A stretch of 63,798 nt of DNA, counting the filler, from Collodictyon triciliatum (Eukaryota), in assembly GCA_043381765.1 (NCBI GenBank). It is 6 parts of 6 records of this genome, joined end to end, with 100 filler letters (N's around TTAATTAATTAA, not from the genome) between each part and the next. Parts side by side here need not be neighbours in the genome. Positions count along the whole stretch, not along the records: positions 13,313 to 27,621 come from JBHJMP010001836.1; positions 27,722 to 42,010 come from JBHJMP010001837.1; 4 more parts are not named here. One strand, 5' to 3'. Made by a program: the position numbers and the translations under genes. Below the pieces are notes generated by a model. That model was not told where the DNA came from. It saw only the letters and a program-made list of their open reading frames with translations, and ran no database searches. Positions 13,840 to 36,369 of the stretch are shown one piece after another. Within the stretch, counting starts at the first letter, position 1. Every line of letters starts with the position of its first letter.

Positions 13840-14700
13840 ACAATGTCCGCCATTGGCCAGATTCTACGAAAGCTCCACAAATAAACAGCCCAGTCATTCC
13901 TTACTTGGAATATTGTCCACCAATTCCTTCGGCAGAACAACGCGGTGGAGTCCGAGCCTGATACGGGTGTCGAAAGTGCGGAGTCCTTAAAAAACTCGAG
14001 TGCTACGAGGAGAATGTTATCATGCAACTGTACATTCAACCCCAAGGTTACACAGTGGCCTTCCCGCACCAACAAAATGCCGCAGAGTTTGCCAAAGCAG
14101 GACAGTATTAACTTCTTGGCCGCTTTTTCCGCCCATACCAAGAAAGGCCACCTCTCCACTCCACTATCTTCAGCGATATCCCCCCAGGCTTCACCAAGGA
14201 AGACATTGAAGAGGCCTGCAAGGCATTATTCTCGCCTACCATAGTTTACTACGAAGTTGTGGACGGTATCTGGACCAATGACGCGCTAGTCAAGTTCCCG
14301 GCATCAGAACTGTCCAGAGTGACAAAAAAGAAAATAAACCTGCAAGGATTCCTCGTCCCCTTCATACTCCTCCCCGAACGGAAGGAGAAGCCCAAACACG
14401 ATACCAAACATGAAAAGCACCAGGGCAAACACCGCGGTAAACACGACCGCAAACCCTCGCAACCCACGCAGTCCTGGGGTGAAAGACGGGACCAATCCTC
14501 CCAAACGCTATCAATCGAAGTCGTAGAACAAGTAGAACCATAGGCCAAACTAGAGGATGCTGTTCCCAATTACCAACAAATTCTCTGCCTCCCGGCCACC
14601 AAGTAGCGTCCACGCAAACGATGGCCTGCGAACCAAAGCCAACCCCTCCGCCATATGAAAATTGAAGCGGGAATAAAAACAAAGAAAAAAAAAGAAAGAA
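13840..14700 (+). pseudogene. Decayed ORF of a dispersed repeat family (possibly non-LTR retrotransposon ORF1-like), copy A
   Basis: One intronless frame runs through in-frame stops at 13959, 14109 and 14541: VLKKLECYEE...YTVAFP...PYQERPPLHSTIFSDIPPGFTKEDIEE...GIWTNDALVKF. A-rich 3' end. Homologous copy at ~25870-26690. Confidence 0.55.
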
Positions 14701-14896
14701 AAAGGAAAAGAAGATACCATATACACCAACCGACTGTAGATTCATTGTTATCGTTATATTCTGTTTTCATGGAGCGTACTTCTGGGGAAAAAGCGGAAGG
14801 TCTGCTTGAAAACCCCCCAGAGAATCTCTCCATCTAAAATGATTACGGTTAAAGAACACACGTATTACTATTCATTTATTTGTATTACTTACCTTG

Positions 14897-25013
<10,117 letters not shown>

Positions 25014-25865
25014 GTTTTGGATATTCCTATTCCTTCGTGTGTGTTGCATAAAAAACATCGTATTCATGGGTTATAAAACATGCCAAGTACCAATCAACTC
25101 TAATATAAAACAAGCTATCCTCCTTTTTCATGAATGGAAATTGTTTGATTCATCAATTCATATTTTGAATGCGTTTTGGATAGTTTCGATAGGCTAACAA
25201 GATTATATTGTATTAATGCTTAAAGCTCAATATTATCAACTCTGAATATTTTTCTTTAATATGAATCAAGTAAGCGTGAATACAAATATATCTCAATCTG
25301 AAATGAATTCGATGCTTTTTTAATTGCTTTTTTTGTAAATAATGTGGATGTGATTTGCTTATGTATCATACAGCCACTAAACATTCTCTTAATGCTAAAT
25401 ATTTCGTATAATATAACAAATGTGATGTATGAAAGTCTGCGTAATATATTGATATTCTTCCAGGTCGACTTAATATAATTCCTTGAATCTATTCGAAATT
25501 GTGCAAATGTCCCAAACTATAAGTGATGCTTAGTATGTTCACACAGAATGAAAAATTCACAAATAAAATAAAATTGTAATATCGATACTCATGTAATACT
25601 CTCCGTTAATTATAGCCTGAGTTTCATCGTGAAGGCTTTACATGGGGGAAAAAAATACCAAACCACCATCACTTAAGTTTTCCAGGTTTAGGTGCTTGCC
25701 TTCCATTCAACATAAGCGTTTTTTTTTCCATATGTGCCTTGCATTAACAGACAAATCATGAAAGATAAGCTTCGTTAGGAATTATCCTTTTATATTAATA
25801 CTATTCGAATGAAAAAGTAAACTTGCGTTTTGCATGAAAATAAAAATAATTCTGACTTCATAATA

Positions 25866-26690
25866 TTGCATCTTGGATTCTTTGTCCAGACTGTTTTAGT
25901 GTGAAGCGCGTGTCTGCAAGAACCCGTTCGCTCTTTTTGGAAAGCTCTTGTGAAGGTTGCTTCTTGTTTGAGTGATGCTTATTCTTCCATAGCTCCAGGT
26001 GGTTGGGTTTAAAAGGGATGACATCGTCTTTCTATGCTTGACAGCTCGTTCTGTTAGTATTTGCGGTGGTGATTACCATGATATTTTCTTTTGGCTTTTT
26101 CCTTGTGTTCTGGGACAGAGCACGAAATAGAGAAGGGAAACTTTACATATAATTTTTTTTTATACTTTGGGTAGTTCTGATGTTGTATTCTTGTTCAGCG
26201 CTTCATTCATCAAAACCACGTTTTAACCCTTGAAGAATACGGTGAAGATGAATCGATGTTTTTCACGTACCTTCGATGTCGCCCTTGATGAAGCCCGGAG
26301 GAATGCGGCTGATAATGGGTAGCAAAGGAGCTGGTCTCTCTCGGTATGGAGCACAAAAAAAACGTATATTTATTATTTTACTCACGTCTCTGCAATTTTT
26401 CTTTTGGGAAAGGATGCTGTGTATTCTTGAAGTTGATCGAATAGCTGGTTCATAGTCATCTCATTATGGCACTCAAGATCTTTCAGGACTGGGCTTATTC
26501 TTTCCTTACCTGTATGTGGGCGTGGTAGTTCTGGGCATTTGTGCTTACCTCGAAGGCGGACGTGGCAGCCGGTTCCATACAGGTTCTGCTTCCGGGCGCT
26601 CTTTGTGGGCGATTAGGTGTGGCTGGAAACCTTTGGTCGAGCGGAGGGCTCCATTCTTGTGTTCGGTTGTGTGTTTGCTTCAAGCCAGCG
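25866..26690 (-). pseudogene. Decayed ORF of the same repeat family, copy B
   Basis: VLKDLECHNE...YTASFP, PYRERPAPLLPIISRIPPGFIKGDIEG and NEALNKNTTSELPKV*KK...FVLCP align with copy A. Contains stops and frameshifts. Confidence 0.55.
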
Positions 26691-27721
26691 CTTTCTATCT
26701 CCGTGGCGTTATTCCAAGAAGAAGAAAAAAAGTAAATAATAAAAGTAATAAGAACAAAATATGTTTGATATTTGATTGGCGAAGTGTATGCAGTTCATCA
26801 TATGAAAACAAAAAGATAAATGATGAGTATTGATTCAGATAACCTTCAATGCTATTTCATCAAAAGGCTTTCTTATTAAGTTCTCGGTTGATTGTGGGAA
26901 TAAGAGAGGGAATGAACCTTCGATCGAGCGTGTGAGAGCATCGACTGGCGATAGGCTGAAAATATGCCTCGTGATAGCCAAGAAAGACCAATAAATGCAC
27001 AAACAAGTCGATCGGCGGCTAGTGTTGAGTGCCATTGAGTATAAAACGAATAGATTGAGAAGGACGGTGGATGAAGAATGGTCGAGTGAAGGACAGCTGT
27101 CACGGCAAAACATCAGAACGCTAAATGGGATTGTGATAAAAAAAATATTAGGTGAGTCGGAGAACAGTCCAAATGATCAATATTCCAGATTAAGAAAATA
27201 TAATAAATTAGTTATGCCCAAAACAGACTTCTATTGTTTTTATACACACCTATTTCTCTTTTTGTACTTACTTGAGGGGGAAGGGGTGGTTTTTAGTTTG
27301 TTAAATCTACACCTACACCAGGAAAAAAAAGGAGAAAAAAAAAGAAATAGGAAAAAAAAGAGAAAAGAAAAGAAAGGAAAAGAGGAAAAGAAAGGAAAAA
27401 AGACAAAAAAAATAAAAAAGAAAAGGAAAAAGAAAAGGAAAAGGAAAAGGAAAAGAAAAAGGAAAAGGAAAAAAGGAAAAAAGGAAAAAAGGAAAAAAGG
27501 AAAAAAGGAAAAAAGGAAAAAAGGAAAAAAGGAAAAAAGGAAAAAAGGAAAAAAGGAAAAAAGGAAAAAAGGAAAAAAGGAAAAAAGGAAAAAAGGAAAA
27601 AAGGAAAAAAGAAAAAAAGAANNNNNNNNNNNNNNNNNNNNNNNNNNNNNNNNNNNNNNNNNNNNTTAATTAATTAANNNNNNNNNNNNNNNNNNNNNNN
27701 NNNNNNNNNNNNNNNNNNNNN

Positions 27722-27815
<94 letters not shown>

Positions 27816-27889
27816 ATCAAAAAAAAGGGATGGATTCGTTTAGTATTTTTTTTTTTGATTTGTCAAAGGCCAAGTCTGGCCTTTCAAAA

Positions 27890-30127
27890 ATGAGCCTTAG
27901 CGACATTCGGGCGGTTGCTAGGAGGAGCCACGAAGATGCAGAGTTTCGTGATAATGCGGATGAAAACTCTCAATTCAAAGAGAAACATGAGCCACCCGTG
28001 GTAGATGCATTGCAGATGCAGGCCGCAGATGAATGGGATGCTATAGAAAAACTGCAAGGTATCACCCCATGTATCACTTTTTAAATTGTCAATTTATTTT
28101 CATATGATAAAACAAATATTGTGTGAAAATTCGATTTTTAAAAATTTAATAATAATTCATCCGATCGAAAATAGCATTTCATATTTTATTCCTCGCGCAC
28201 ATAATTTATTGAATCTATGCTATAATATAATGATCATCTCATTTGAAATAAGCGTATAAGGGGTTTAAGTTCTTGAATCTTTACGACATTTTTCATGATT
28301 TTCAATATTCTTTTGCGGCTATTAAAATTCATGTTCATTATCATTTAAAGAGGAATTCCCTGAAAATCGAACAAGTGGACTTCAGTTGTCGGACTCTACT
28401 ACACTCAGCTATGAAGAAGCTATAGAGTATTTTCGAAGTGTAGACATTACTGAAGAGAAAGTTTGTCATTCTTTTTGAAATATTTTGATTATCAGTATAT
28501 AAACATGCCCTTTTTAGTTGCAGCGCGAATTCATGTGATTTTTTTTTTAACAGATCTTTAAAATATTCGAAATATCCAACCTTGATTACACCTTCTGATT
28601 TCCCTGTATTTATTATCAACCCCCTCCTCATCGATTCTTCAAACCTTCTCACTCTCCGATGCAGAAAAAGATTGTCGTATCATCTAGCCGTGGAAGTATA
28701 TTTGCATCGATGTTCAGTGCGTGCTTTGGACCACCCGCACTGGTCGAGAATCTACAAGAAGAGCGTGATATGATTTTTGCCTGGGCGCAAATGCAGTTCC
28801 AGAATGAAAACAATCACCATGTTCGACTTCTCACGACGATATACATGAGACTCACAGGTAAATAAATATATATAAAATAATAATAGAGTACCAACTACTG
28901 TTTCTCTTTTTATATTTTTTAATTTATGCCACTGTAGTTTTTATCTTAAGTATACTTTTTTTTGTTTTGTTGTTGCTTTCTTTCAGGCACTCCGCGCCCG
29001 TGTCCGAGATATGGTGGACATTGGGAAGACATTGGATTTCAAGGTTAGTTTGATGAACACTTTTTTTTATTAATACGTCCGATAGAGCAAGACTGTATCA
29101 TTTTTTTCTTTTTAAAAATCTTCTTTGGACTTTGAATCGAATAAAGGAAAAAAAAAAACTTCTCTGGATCCATACTTCAAAATAAAAACATTTTCCCCCT
29201 CTTTTTCTTCTTTGAATCGTAATATTTTGACAGGAAATGACCCTTCCACCGATTTGCGCGGAGTTGGAATATTAGGTTTACTCCAAATATTGAACCTGAC
29301 GTACAGCCACAAGCAATTATCACATGATATCTACAAACTAGCCCATCACGAACAACAGGTAATCTCATAGAAAAATTTGACAAACATAAAAAACCATGAA
29401 AAAATAAAATAAAACCACGAAAGCATGATATGCACATATACATGTGTATCAAAATGAAAAAGAAAGACAAATAAATAATAACACAGAGGACAGTAGTGAT
29501 TGTAATTAAAGCTTATAATTGTTCTCAGATACCAGTGTGATTCACTCGGGACCGACAAATCAGAATGAATCCTAACCTCCTTTCTATGAAAATGCAGCAC
29601 TTCCCCATGTGTGTTGTTTCCATCAACTTGACAAAAATAGTGGTGGAATGCTTGCGTGATGAAATACTCAACCGTGATTGCAATCGGAAAAAGAGCGTAC
29701 TCCAAATGGCAAATGAGCTTCATGTCGCTCTCTTTTATGATTTATACATCACTTGGTAACCACTTCACCCCGTTCTTTTTCCATTTTTTTCTTCTGCACA
29801 ACACGTATTCTCAAGTACACAACAGAACACATACCACAGTTGACTTTTGCAAAAGTATTCCTTTTTGTATATATTGTGGCCTTCTCTAAAATTCTAAATG
29901 GCGGATTCTATTCTCATTCTCATTCGCGCTTCGTTTTGTTCCTTTCGCTCTCAAGGAAAAGAAAAAATTACAGCGTCCGAAACTTTGGGCAGGTTCTTAA
30001 AGACCTGACAAACAAAGCAAAGACCAACTACGGCCAATTGATTCGCGATTACAATCAATCCAAGCAACAGGCCAATCCTAAATCCGGGACAAGCAACGAA
30101 GAGCTGTTTACGCAGTTGGAATCATGA
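27890..30127 (+). CDS. ELMOD3: ELMO-domain protein 3-like (ARF/ARL GAP)
   Basis: [79 protein letters not shown]. Start uncertain (next to a spacer). Confidence 0.85.
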
Positions 30128-31378
30128 AGAGAATCAGCCATGAAAACCAAGAGTTGATATTCTCAGTGTTTGTGATGCGACTCGCCTCGCCTCTCCCAGG
30201 AAAACAAAACATCGCAGTTTATCTAATAAACAACAACGCATTTTCAAGCCCTAGGAAAAATAACACCGACAATCGAACCCAAATGAGCAAGGAATATCGT
30301 CGCTTCCTCATTTTCTTTCTTTCTCTATAAATACACATATTGATTTATTATTAAAGAATTGCAGAGAAAGAATGTTGTCACGCCACATTGTCTATGACGA
30401 ACATATATTATATACAGATATGGATACAACTTTTGCTACAAAGGGAGATAGTCATGATTAAAGACAAAACTATTTCAAGGATGTATATGTGTCTTAACTA
30501 CTTGAAGGCAGATCCAAAAGAGCATAAAAAACAACAACAGATAATACAGCGCGGCGCCACTTGCTTCCAGTTTAATGAATTATATACTGAGGAGTTCTGG
30601 TGTATTCCTACATATATTTTGTTTAATTCATTTTAAATCATAAAACAAACCTAGTCAGGACCACTGCTTGTTAAGATTCAACATGTTATCCAACGAGTCC
30701 TTTCTTTGATATTTCTGCTAGTTGTATGTTAATAACATGCACTTGAGAGTAAACATATGATGAATACTTTGTTCAATTCGATATTGCTGCTATGAGTAAG
30801 ATGCCAGATTTTTTTCTCCATATGGTAAATAAGTCAACAAACGTATCGTAGTATTTGATGTTCTGGGCAAAAATTTTCTTATGATTGGATGAGCATACAA
30901 AGATTACTCCACTTCGTGGTTTGATAGTTGATTGTGGTATGATTGATTGGTAATGGGTGTTTTTATTTTGTTTTATTTCGATAATCGCAAACGATGTTTT
31001 GATGACGATGAAAGGAGATTTGATGATTCTTTTCTTTTTGAATAAGTAATTGCTATGTGTGCCTTTCATGATTCATTCGTTCATTCCAAGAGACATATAA
31101 AGTAAATACATCGAAAAGAAAATTATATTAATAAAAACTAAATCATGGTTCTAGATGACTTCTGTTGCAGAATGTACAATGATTCAATTTACAAATGAAC
31201 AACAGGACAAATACCATCAACATTAAGCATACTTTGCTTATTTTGTTGCATAATGCAAACATGCACAAATGAGTAATTCATAGGTAAAGATCTATATGAG
31301 ACTGGTCACCTTAAACAGAATGAATCGCACTCATTCATCGCCAGATATTTTTTCTTCTCCAAAAGTGCCATCTTGTAG

Positions 31379-31532
31379 TTAGTAGCGCGACCTTTTTGTG
31401 TACTCGCCATACGGCGACCTACTCCCATACTCATGCGAGGGGCTTTGGTGTGGCTGATACTACGACCCATATTTCGGTAAGTAATGTCAGAAAAATACAA
31501 AATTGTACTTTTCTTTATATGCAAACAAATAA

Positions 31533-31576
<44 letters not shown>

Positions 31577-32883
31577 AAAAAAAGAAAAAAAGAAAAAAAG
31601 AAAAAAAAGAAAAAAAAAGAAAAAAAAAGAAAAAAAAGAAAAAAAAGAAAAAAGATAGCTGAAAGTAACAATAATAAGTCAACCGAAAACAAAACAAGAC
31701 AAGACAGAATAAAAACCCGATGAAACTGACACTATCGAATAGCTTCAAAAAGTTATTTAAAGGCGTAAACTAGTTAAAGACACATGTGCATTGCAAACAA
31801 ACCCCGTATGCTTGATTTGGAGTGCCATGTTGTCGTGGTGAGTAGCCTGGCTGAGACGGTGACTGATACGAGTAAGGCGAGTGAAACTGATGGGGTGCTG
31901 GCGGATATCCGGGAATTGTCGCCAATGGGATGTTTGACTGCGAGTAGCCCATAGGCTAGATGCAAGAAAACGATTAGAATAGCGCGTGAGTGGCGGCCTT
32001 ACTTCCAAATATGTTGATCGACAAAAAGGCAAAGTAAGAAGCTAAGTGAGAATCAATGACAGAATAATAAATGAAACAAAACTCAAATAAAAAAAGGAAC
32101 CTTCTCATAGTAAGATTCAGCAGAACGCTTGTGGCCGGGGTACGAGCCGTGCTGTTGACTCGGGTACCCACCATACGGTGAACGTGGTGGAGTTTGCTCT
32201 TGCGGGTGGTGCTGGTCTATATATTGATGACGCGATTCATACCCATGGTAAGATTTAAATTGTTAAACAGCAATCCAATATATTGGCAGTGTGCTCCAGG
32301 GGGTTCTTCGTCTTTCTTTTTTCTGAAAGACAATACCTACCGATATACACGCTCGTTAAATTGATTAAGTCCTTACATGGTGAATGATTCATTCCCCCAC
32401 GGCTATGTGAGACAGGCAGAGCGAGTTTCGGGGTACTGAAGCTCTGAGATGGGGTCATATGGGCTGGGCTACCTCTCTCATGCTCAGACTGATTCATTAT
32501 TTTCGAGAGTTAGATAAAGCGATAATTAGGCATGTTCTTGTGTTACGAAGGGGACAAAATAATAATAAATAAATAGATAATACATTCCGGTACAGTGAGC
32601 AAAAGAGAATGTAGCATACATTTCTGCGGCTATGGCTGTAACTGCGACTACTGTAAGGTCCAGGCCCACCTATATGTGGTTGATAACATGAATACTGTCC
32701 AAAAGGGGCCTACCAATCAGATTGAGGAATAATCATTTATGCAAGAAGAGGCTGACCTCGACCCTGGCTATAGTTAGGTGAACTGAAGCGACCAGACTGT
32801 TCGACCTTGGACGGGGCTCCTGGTTGATTTACTAAAAACCCATGTGACATACGTTACAAAACAATCGCTCATTTGATGCAGAA

Positions 32884-32926
<43 letters not shown>

Positions 32927-35346
32927 AAGGATTTTGGCGGAATACTTCAGAGGTAATTGAAACAATTGTGTGGATAACCGGGTTCACATATTCTTTGTAT
33001 ACTCATCAGACGAGTTACTTACAGACAACCCTCAGTATCTTGATTTAACATAAAGAAGTGATAGTTAATATATCAAGCAATAATAGAGCAAATGATAAAT
33101 GAGCTGTGTGATGTATGTAATTTCATATAGCTGTTGTCCCGGAAGCGAGAAAAAAAGAAAAAACATACTGCAACTGTCTTCATCGGGTTGCAGAAGCTGA
33201 CACGAATCTTTGAGCCATGGAAATCGGCATCTTGGAGAGTTGACCATGCTACGATAACCCATTTATATGTCCATGAACAGGAAATACCAACGATAAATAA
33301 ATAACGCGATTGCAGAAAAAAAGAACCCATCCAATCAAATCAAATTCAATGCACCCTTTTCCGCATCTTCTTCCTTCTCGAATTCGATGTAGGCAGTTCT
33401 TCGGGAGTTTCCATGAGACGAGAGAGAAACAAAACAGTCAATGACGGGCCCTTGAAGCTGGAAATAGTCCTTTAAGGCAACTTCGTCCTATTGTAAGTGT
33501 GATTTCTTCAATACTAGAACCACGGACACAAATAAGAACAAGCAGAAAAATTTTCTAACTTTTTAAAATATTTTCATAGGGCATATATCTGCTCAAATCT
33601 GAACCTTGAAGTCTCGGCTAAGTCTGTCAACAAAGACAGTGCGGGAATGGAATGCCGTATTGATTCTAAATACCATATCGTATAAATTAAAGTTGTACAA
33701 AATGGGGAGCACGTTTCGTCATGAGCATTTGGTTCCAATTTATTTTCATGTTTGGTATGGACAGTATGTACTGATTTCGAAGTTTTTGAATACCTCCATT
33801 CGAACCATTCTATTTGAGGATGTCGGTCTCCAATCACTCGGTGATGCGCGTTCATTTTTGCCAATCCCGCTTGCTCAGAGGTCTTGAACTCAACGATGGC
33901 ATATCCCTTGCTCTTACCATCTTTGTTCCTAATGAGCTAGCGGAATGCAATAAAAAGTTTATATTATCATGTAATGCACACTCATTCACCTTATTTCAGG
34001 TTTACATTTATTTTTTTAGTTATGAAATCATTTCCCTTTATTTTCTTCTTGCTAGATAAAACTGTAGTGGGTTTCATACCAGGATGCGTTCAACACTACC
34101 GAACTCGGCAAACCAACGGCGGATATTGTCTTCAGTATAGTCCAGCGGGAGGTTTCCAACATAGACGACAGAATCGGCATCAGGATGCGAGACACGCACG
34201 ACCTGGTTATTGATTTCCTTCCCGTTAAGTTCGGCTGTTGCGTTGGCCGCGTCGGTGATTTTGGTGAAGCGTACGATGGCGGTATCTACGCGTTTATCAT
34301 TCTCATTTCCGTCAGTTGAATCTTATGGTGCCATGACTGTCTCTCAAAATAAAAAAAAAAAATTCTTCAGGCTATCGAGAGCTTCGTGCGGACAGACTCA
34401 CCTCTGAAAGGATCCTCGAAGCTGATCATACCCAATTCCCCGTAAGGTCGGAATGCACTGCGCAGTTCCTGCATCAAAAGTTAAAACCAAGTTCAATATA
34501 CGAGTCTCTATACAAAATTAGAATTATATGATTCAATCATGGCATTCCAAACACATTAACGACACGAAACAAGAACAAGTGTAGACTCCTCAATTACAAC
34601 TTAAAAACTGCATTTCATTAATTGGTATCATGATATCTTGTTTCGGCAATATTTCGTACCTCCTCAAGAATCATCCCACCGAGGCCTTCAACCCGCACCA
34701 TTTGTCGTTTCGTCAATGGTTCTTTTTTTGCCTCTTTTAAATTTGTCGATATATTGTTTTTTTTTTTTAAAAATTTATTTATTTAAAGAGAGCATTACAA
34801 ACGGCAGAATATGGTATCCACACATACTGCCGAAATACAAATATGAAAATTGAATAAAGATAAACCAAAAACGCCGAAATTATATTCTTCACATCATCCA
34901 ATATACATCAGCTTCATATCAATGCATATATCGGACATTATATATATTCACAAGACACCCACAAAACCTTGTTTCTGGCGAGCTGCAGCCTCGTCCTTTG
35001 TCTGTGAGGAGCCTTCTGCATCCTTTGCAGACTCTTCCTTATCCTCTTCCTTGTCCGTTTCCTTTTCTTTTTCTTGGTCTTTGTCGCTTTCTGCGGCCAA
35101 CACAGATGCAGAAGTGTTTTCGCTCGACAAAGGCACAAACAAGTCCTGTCGTTCGATCGGACCGTCCTTCTCCACAGTTGCGTTCGAGGGAGTGGCTTCT
35201 TCGTTTGCAGAGTTCTCGACGGCCTTCGCGCCCGAATCAGCCGACAAACCAGCGACTTTCGAGTGAGTTTGTTGATCCGCTGCGGTTGTTTGCGCGCGTT
35301 GGGCAGTCTCGATGCTTTTGCTGTCTTTGTCTTCTTGTGAGCTCAT
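31379..35346 (-). CDS. RAVER1/2-like RNA-binding protein with three RRMs and S/P/Y-rich tail
   Basis: VYVGNLPLDYTEDNIRRWFAEFGSVERILV, GKSKGYAIVEF, FHSRTVFVDRLSRDFK, GSKIRVSFCNP. Last exon ends YGEYTKRSRY*. Confidence 0.8.
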
Positions 35347-36369
35347 GATTTCCTTTGCACAGCCGACTCTCGTTCTGGTTCTCTTCCTGCAGTGATTCGT
35401 GTGCAACCAAAACCGATCAATAAGAGAAGAAATAGAGTATTTTTTTTCTTTTTGGGTGGGTGGCGACAGAAAAGAAAAATAGCAAGATGCATATAAACCA
35501 GCAAAAGACTTGTGGATTGAGCAGTGAGTATTTAGATTAGATACCGGAGGGAAAATCCTGATTGTGATTTGGTTGTGTTTGTTTGATCTTTGAATCGAAT
35601 AAAGGAAAAACCAAAAAAAAAAAAAAAGAGTTGTGTTTGTTTGCTGTCGGCCGGAAGTTGGTTGGTGGGCGCCTGAAGAATGGCAAGCCGAATGTTCTTT
35701 GAGGAAATTGTGGTTATCAACAAAACAGCAGACGATGCAAGAGAGGGTTATTTATTACGGGAGCGCGTTGAAAGCGAAAGAATGATGAAACGTTTTCAAA
35801 ACGGCAGAAAAACGGATGATGGTTGTGGTCTTCCCCAGATTAGGTTATCTAATTATGGCATCAACAAGCGAATTTTCCATATTCGGGTGAGGAAGGTCAA
35901 GAAGCAAGTGGGCTCGACGCTTGATATATCCAGTATGCGGCGATTGTGCAGAGTGCAAAATCAATAAATCAATAAATCAATGAATGCACATTCTATTATT
36001 TTAAATATACATAAACACAGATTTTGATGAGTATTTTCTGATTTTGTTGAAAGAAATTAATGTTAAATTTATTGAAACGTAGAAGATAATGTACTGATTC
36101 ATCCACCAAACTATATAATTGAATGTCCCAGCGAAAACAAAGTACACAGAAAATAAACGAAAAAAAAATACTGGCGATGTGAAAAATTTGATTTATGTTT
36201 TTCTTCCATCGCTAGCCACTGATTAATAAAAATATTTGATTAATTTCATTCCTTTTCTTGCTTTGAAAAATGTTCAAAATATTTCAAAAGAAAAATAAAA
36301 AATAACAGTTCAGTGCGAGTTATTATTTTCTATATATGTATTTTTTTTTATTTTGTAGAATCTGCAAAG

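Noticed and set aside
13840-14660. In-frame stops as evidence of an alternative genetic code or readthrough
   Set aside because: TGA, TAA and TAG all occur, the second copy is frameshifted, and conserved genes end at standard stops; decay explains it.
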